From: Podarcis cretensis
Lineage: Eukaryota
DNA: 64,000 nt
Direction of reading: 5' to 3'
Assembly: GCA_951804945.1 (NCBI GenBank)
Contig: OX638159.1
Coordinates: 45,880,001 to 45,944,000 of the forward strand
The position numbers and the translations under genes were made by a program. Position 1 is the stretch's first letter, and each line of letters starts with the position of its first letter. Under the pieces are notes generated by a model that ran no database searches, was not told where the DNA came from, and worked only from the letters and a program-made list of their open reading frames with translations. Positions 62,061 to 64,000 of this stretch are shown here, in pieces.

Positions 62061-64000
62061 CTCCAGTCCCACACCATGATGGTGACATAAATGGCCTCTC
62101 ACCACCTTTCTTGCAATCATTCAGTACTGATGACGCTTGTTTTCTGAGCAAACCTTCGTACTAAAAACGTAACACGAATGAGGGCAGAGATACACCAGAG
62201 AAAGAACAAAGCATGCCTGTTCAGCCTTCAAATGGGTATAGGATCTAGAACTGGCAGCAAGTAGGAGCCAGTGTGTGTATGTTTATAGGGGAAGCAAAAT
62301 ACATGTGCATGGGATGAATTCGAAATATAATATCATGTTGACCAGAGCTGGGAACTTGTGGCTTTTCAGATGTTCCTGGCTTTCAGCTCCCATAATCTCT
62401 GACCAATGGCCATGCTGGGTGGAGCTGATGGGAGCTGGCATCCTTCAAAATCTGAGGGCCACAACCCTGACTTAAAACACAGCACCAGAAAATACACTGC
62501 TTGTGAAACTGCCCAAAACATGGTCACTACCAGCCCTAATGTGTTTTCCCCCTTGCTTGTATCAAAATATTCTTGCCAAGTAATCATGCTCACTTTGTAA
62601 GGCTACATGGGATATAAGAAAACCAGACATGCTTGCCTCACAGCCAGCCAGATCCTTACTGCTGCCTGAAGGATGTCTTGTTTGAAGGAAAGTTTTGCAA
62701 TCCTGGTTCAGTTGATCTCAGCAAACTGGCTATCCAGCAACTTGAGTTGGCCAATGATTATGAGCAGCTGCAGGACCTCTTGCGAAGAGGCCATCTGGGA
62801 ACTTAGATTTGTGTTGGACTAACAGTGGTCAAATAATCTGGGGCTAGAGAGACGGTGTTGTTGAGCAGGTGCAGATTATCCTCTCCAAAATTCTTCAAGA
62901 CTGGATTGATTGTGCACACAAAAATTGTTCATGTTATGCTTTTAATGTAAAAGGTGAGCCATAAGAATGTTACTATATAATTCCTGTTTGCTGTGTAATA
63001 TTATTACCCGCTTTGAAGGCAGGTTGAAATTTTCTTTTGCAAATATTGTTTTGTACAGCTCCAGTTACGCAATAAAATTAATCAGATATGCTTAAGGGCC
63101 TTTGGCTGTTTACAGCACTTGCTGTTAACTACAATCTGCAGAGTATTAAGGGATGTGGTGGGGTGATCAATCTAATAAACTAAATGTGGCTGGGCACATG
63201 AATGTTAAAAGTTTTCTTTGGTGTGTGTTTTTGTTTTTTGTTATGGAGCTTGGGAAGACAATTTGTTATATCCTGTGAAGTTACATCTAATGCTATAATT
63301 GGCACAGTGCCTCTCTATGATGCCATTTTGGGTTACTTCCTAGCAGCCAATTCATAAAATTGACAAAAAGCAGGAGATTTTTTTCACCACAGTTTGGCAC
63401 AATCCAGCAACAGCAAGCTGCATTTGGAAGCAGTCTCTTTTGTTCATGGAACCACTTATTGACCACACTCTGCACATGTACAGAGAGTGATGCAAAGGGG
63501 AAACAGCAATAAATAAATAGAACTGAGTGCTATTCGTGAGTGGTAAACATGGAACAAGCATTTGTGGGGTTAATTTTCCAAGACTTTTTTTTTTCAAAGA
63601 AAGAAATAAAGAATCTCTGAGAGATTTTGGCTCAGTTGATGCTGTTTAAAACTCTGTTGCTATTTCATATTGATGAATAATGGAATTAATGAGCTGAAAG
63701 TGGAGGACTGGGAGGATTAGGAGACAGTCCCATTGCTTCCTTCAAGAATATTAATATAAACAATATTAAAACTGGACCCGCAGTTACACCCAAAATTCAT
63801 GGGTAGTGAAAGTCAGAAGGCTGTGTTGCAAAAAATAATAATTTTCCAGACAAGGACTGAAGTTTCCCAACAATTGAAAAAGAGCTCATGAAGGAAGAAA
63901 ATTCATGTGTGTGTGTATTGTATTCAGTCCACAGAGTTGTGTGCTCAACCAAAACACAGCCTTGTCTGTAGCACCTACTCCTATAAGTCTGACAGCTTTT

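Larger units (their letters stand above)
39578..64000 (+). other. FGF10: FGF10 intron 1 (continues beyond the window)
   Basis: Begins GTAAGT. No exon-2 peptide (ILEITSVEIGVVAVK-like) appears in the ORF track or was noticed by eye. Intron 1 is known to be very long in amniotes. Confidence 0.85.

Overview
Vertebrate (squamate, most likely lacertid lizard) genomic DNA, identified from Sauria SINEs, BovB, CR1/L2/L1 relics and a sauropsid-type FGF10 exon. The only host gene is FGF10 on the + strand: promoter and long 5' leader at about 37.3-39.2 kb, coding exon 1 at 39184-39577, then intron 1 running off the window (no exon 2 seen). The other ~37 kb upstream and ~24 kb intronic are non-coding and rich in nested transposons. 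The standout locus is at 9.6-15.4 kb. An old MITE contains a Sauria SINE, which is split by a solo LTR and by a 4.2 kb young Ngaro-type tyrosine-recombinase retrotransposon (RT/RNase H, YR, extra SGNH hydrolase). That copy is truncated at both ends, carries an inverted copy of its own repeat and is flanked by a 25-bp target duplication, which YR-mediated integration should not produce. Its YR and hydrolase ORFs both sit behind same-phase splice acceptors. Other notable items: a 2.1 kb HAL1-like (ORF1-only) L1 derivative, a possibly conserved overlapping uORF across the FGF10 start, and a remodelled FGF10 signal peptide (poly-Ser plus Arg4 in place of poly-Cys). Most short ORFs in the track are noise. 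Family names come from recognition of motifs, not database searches.
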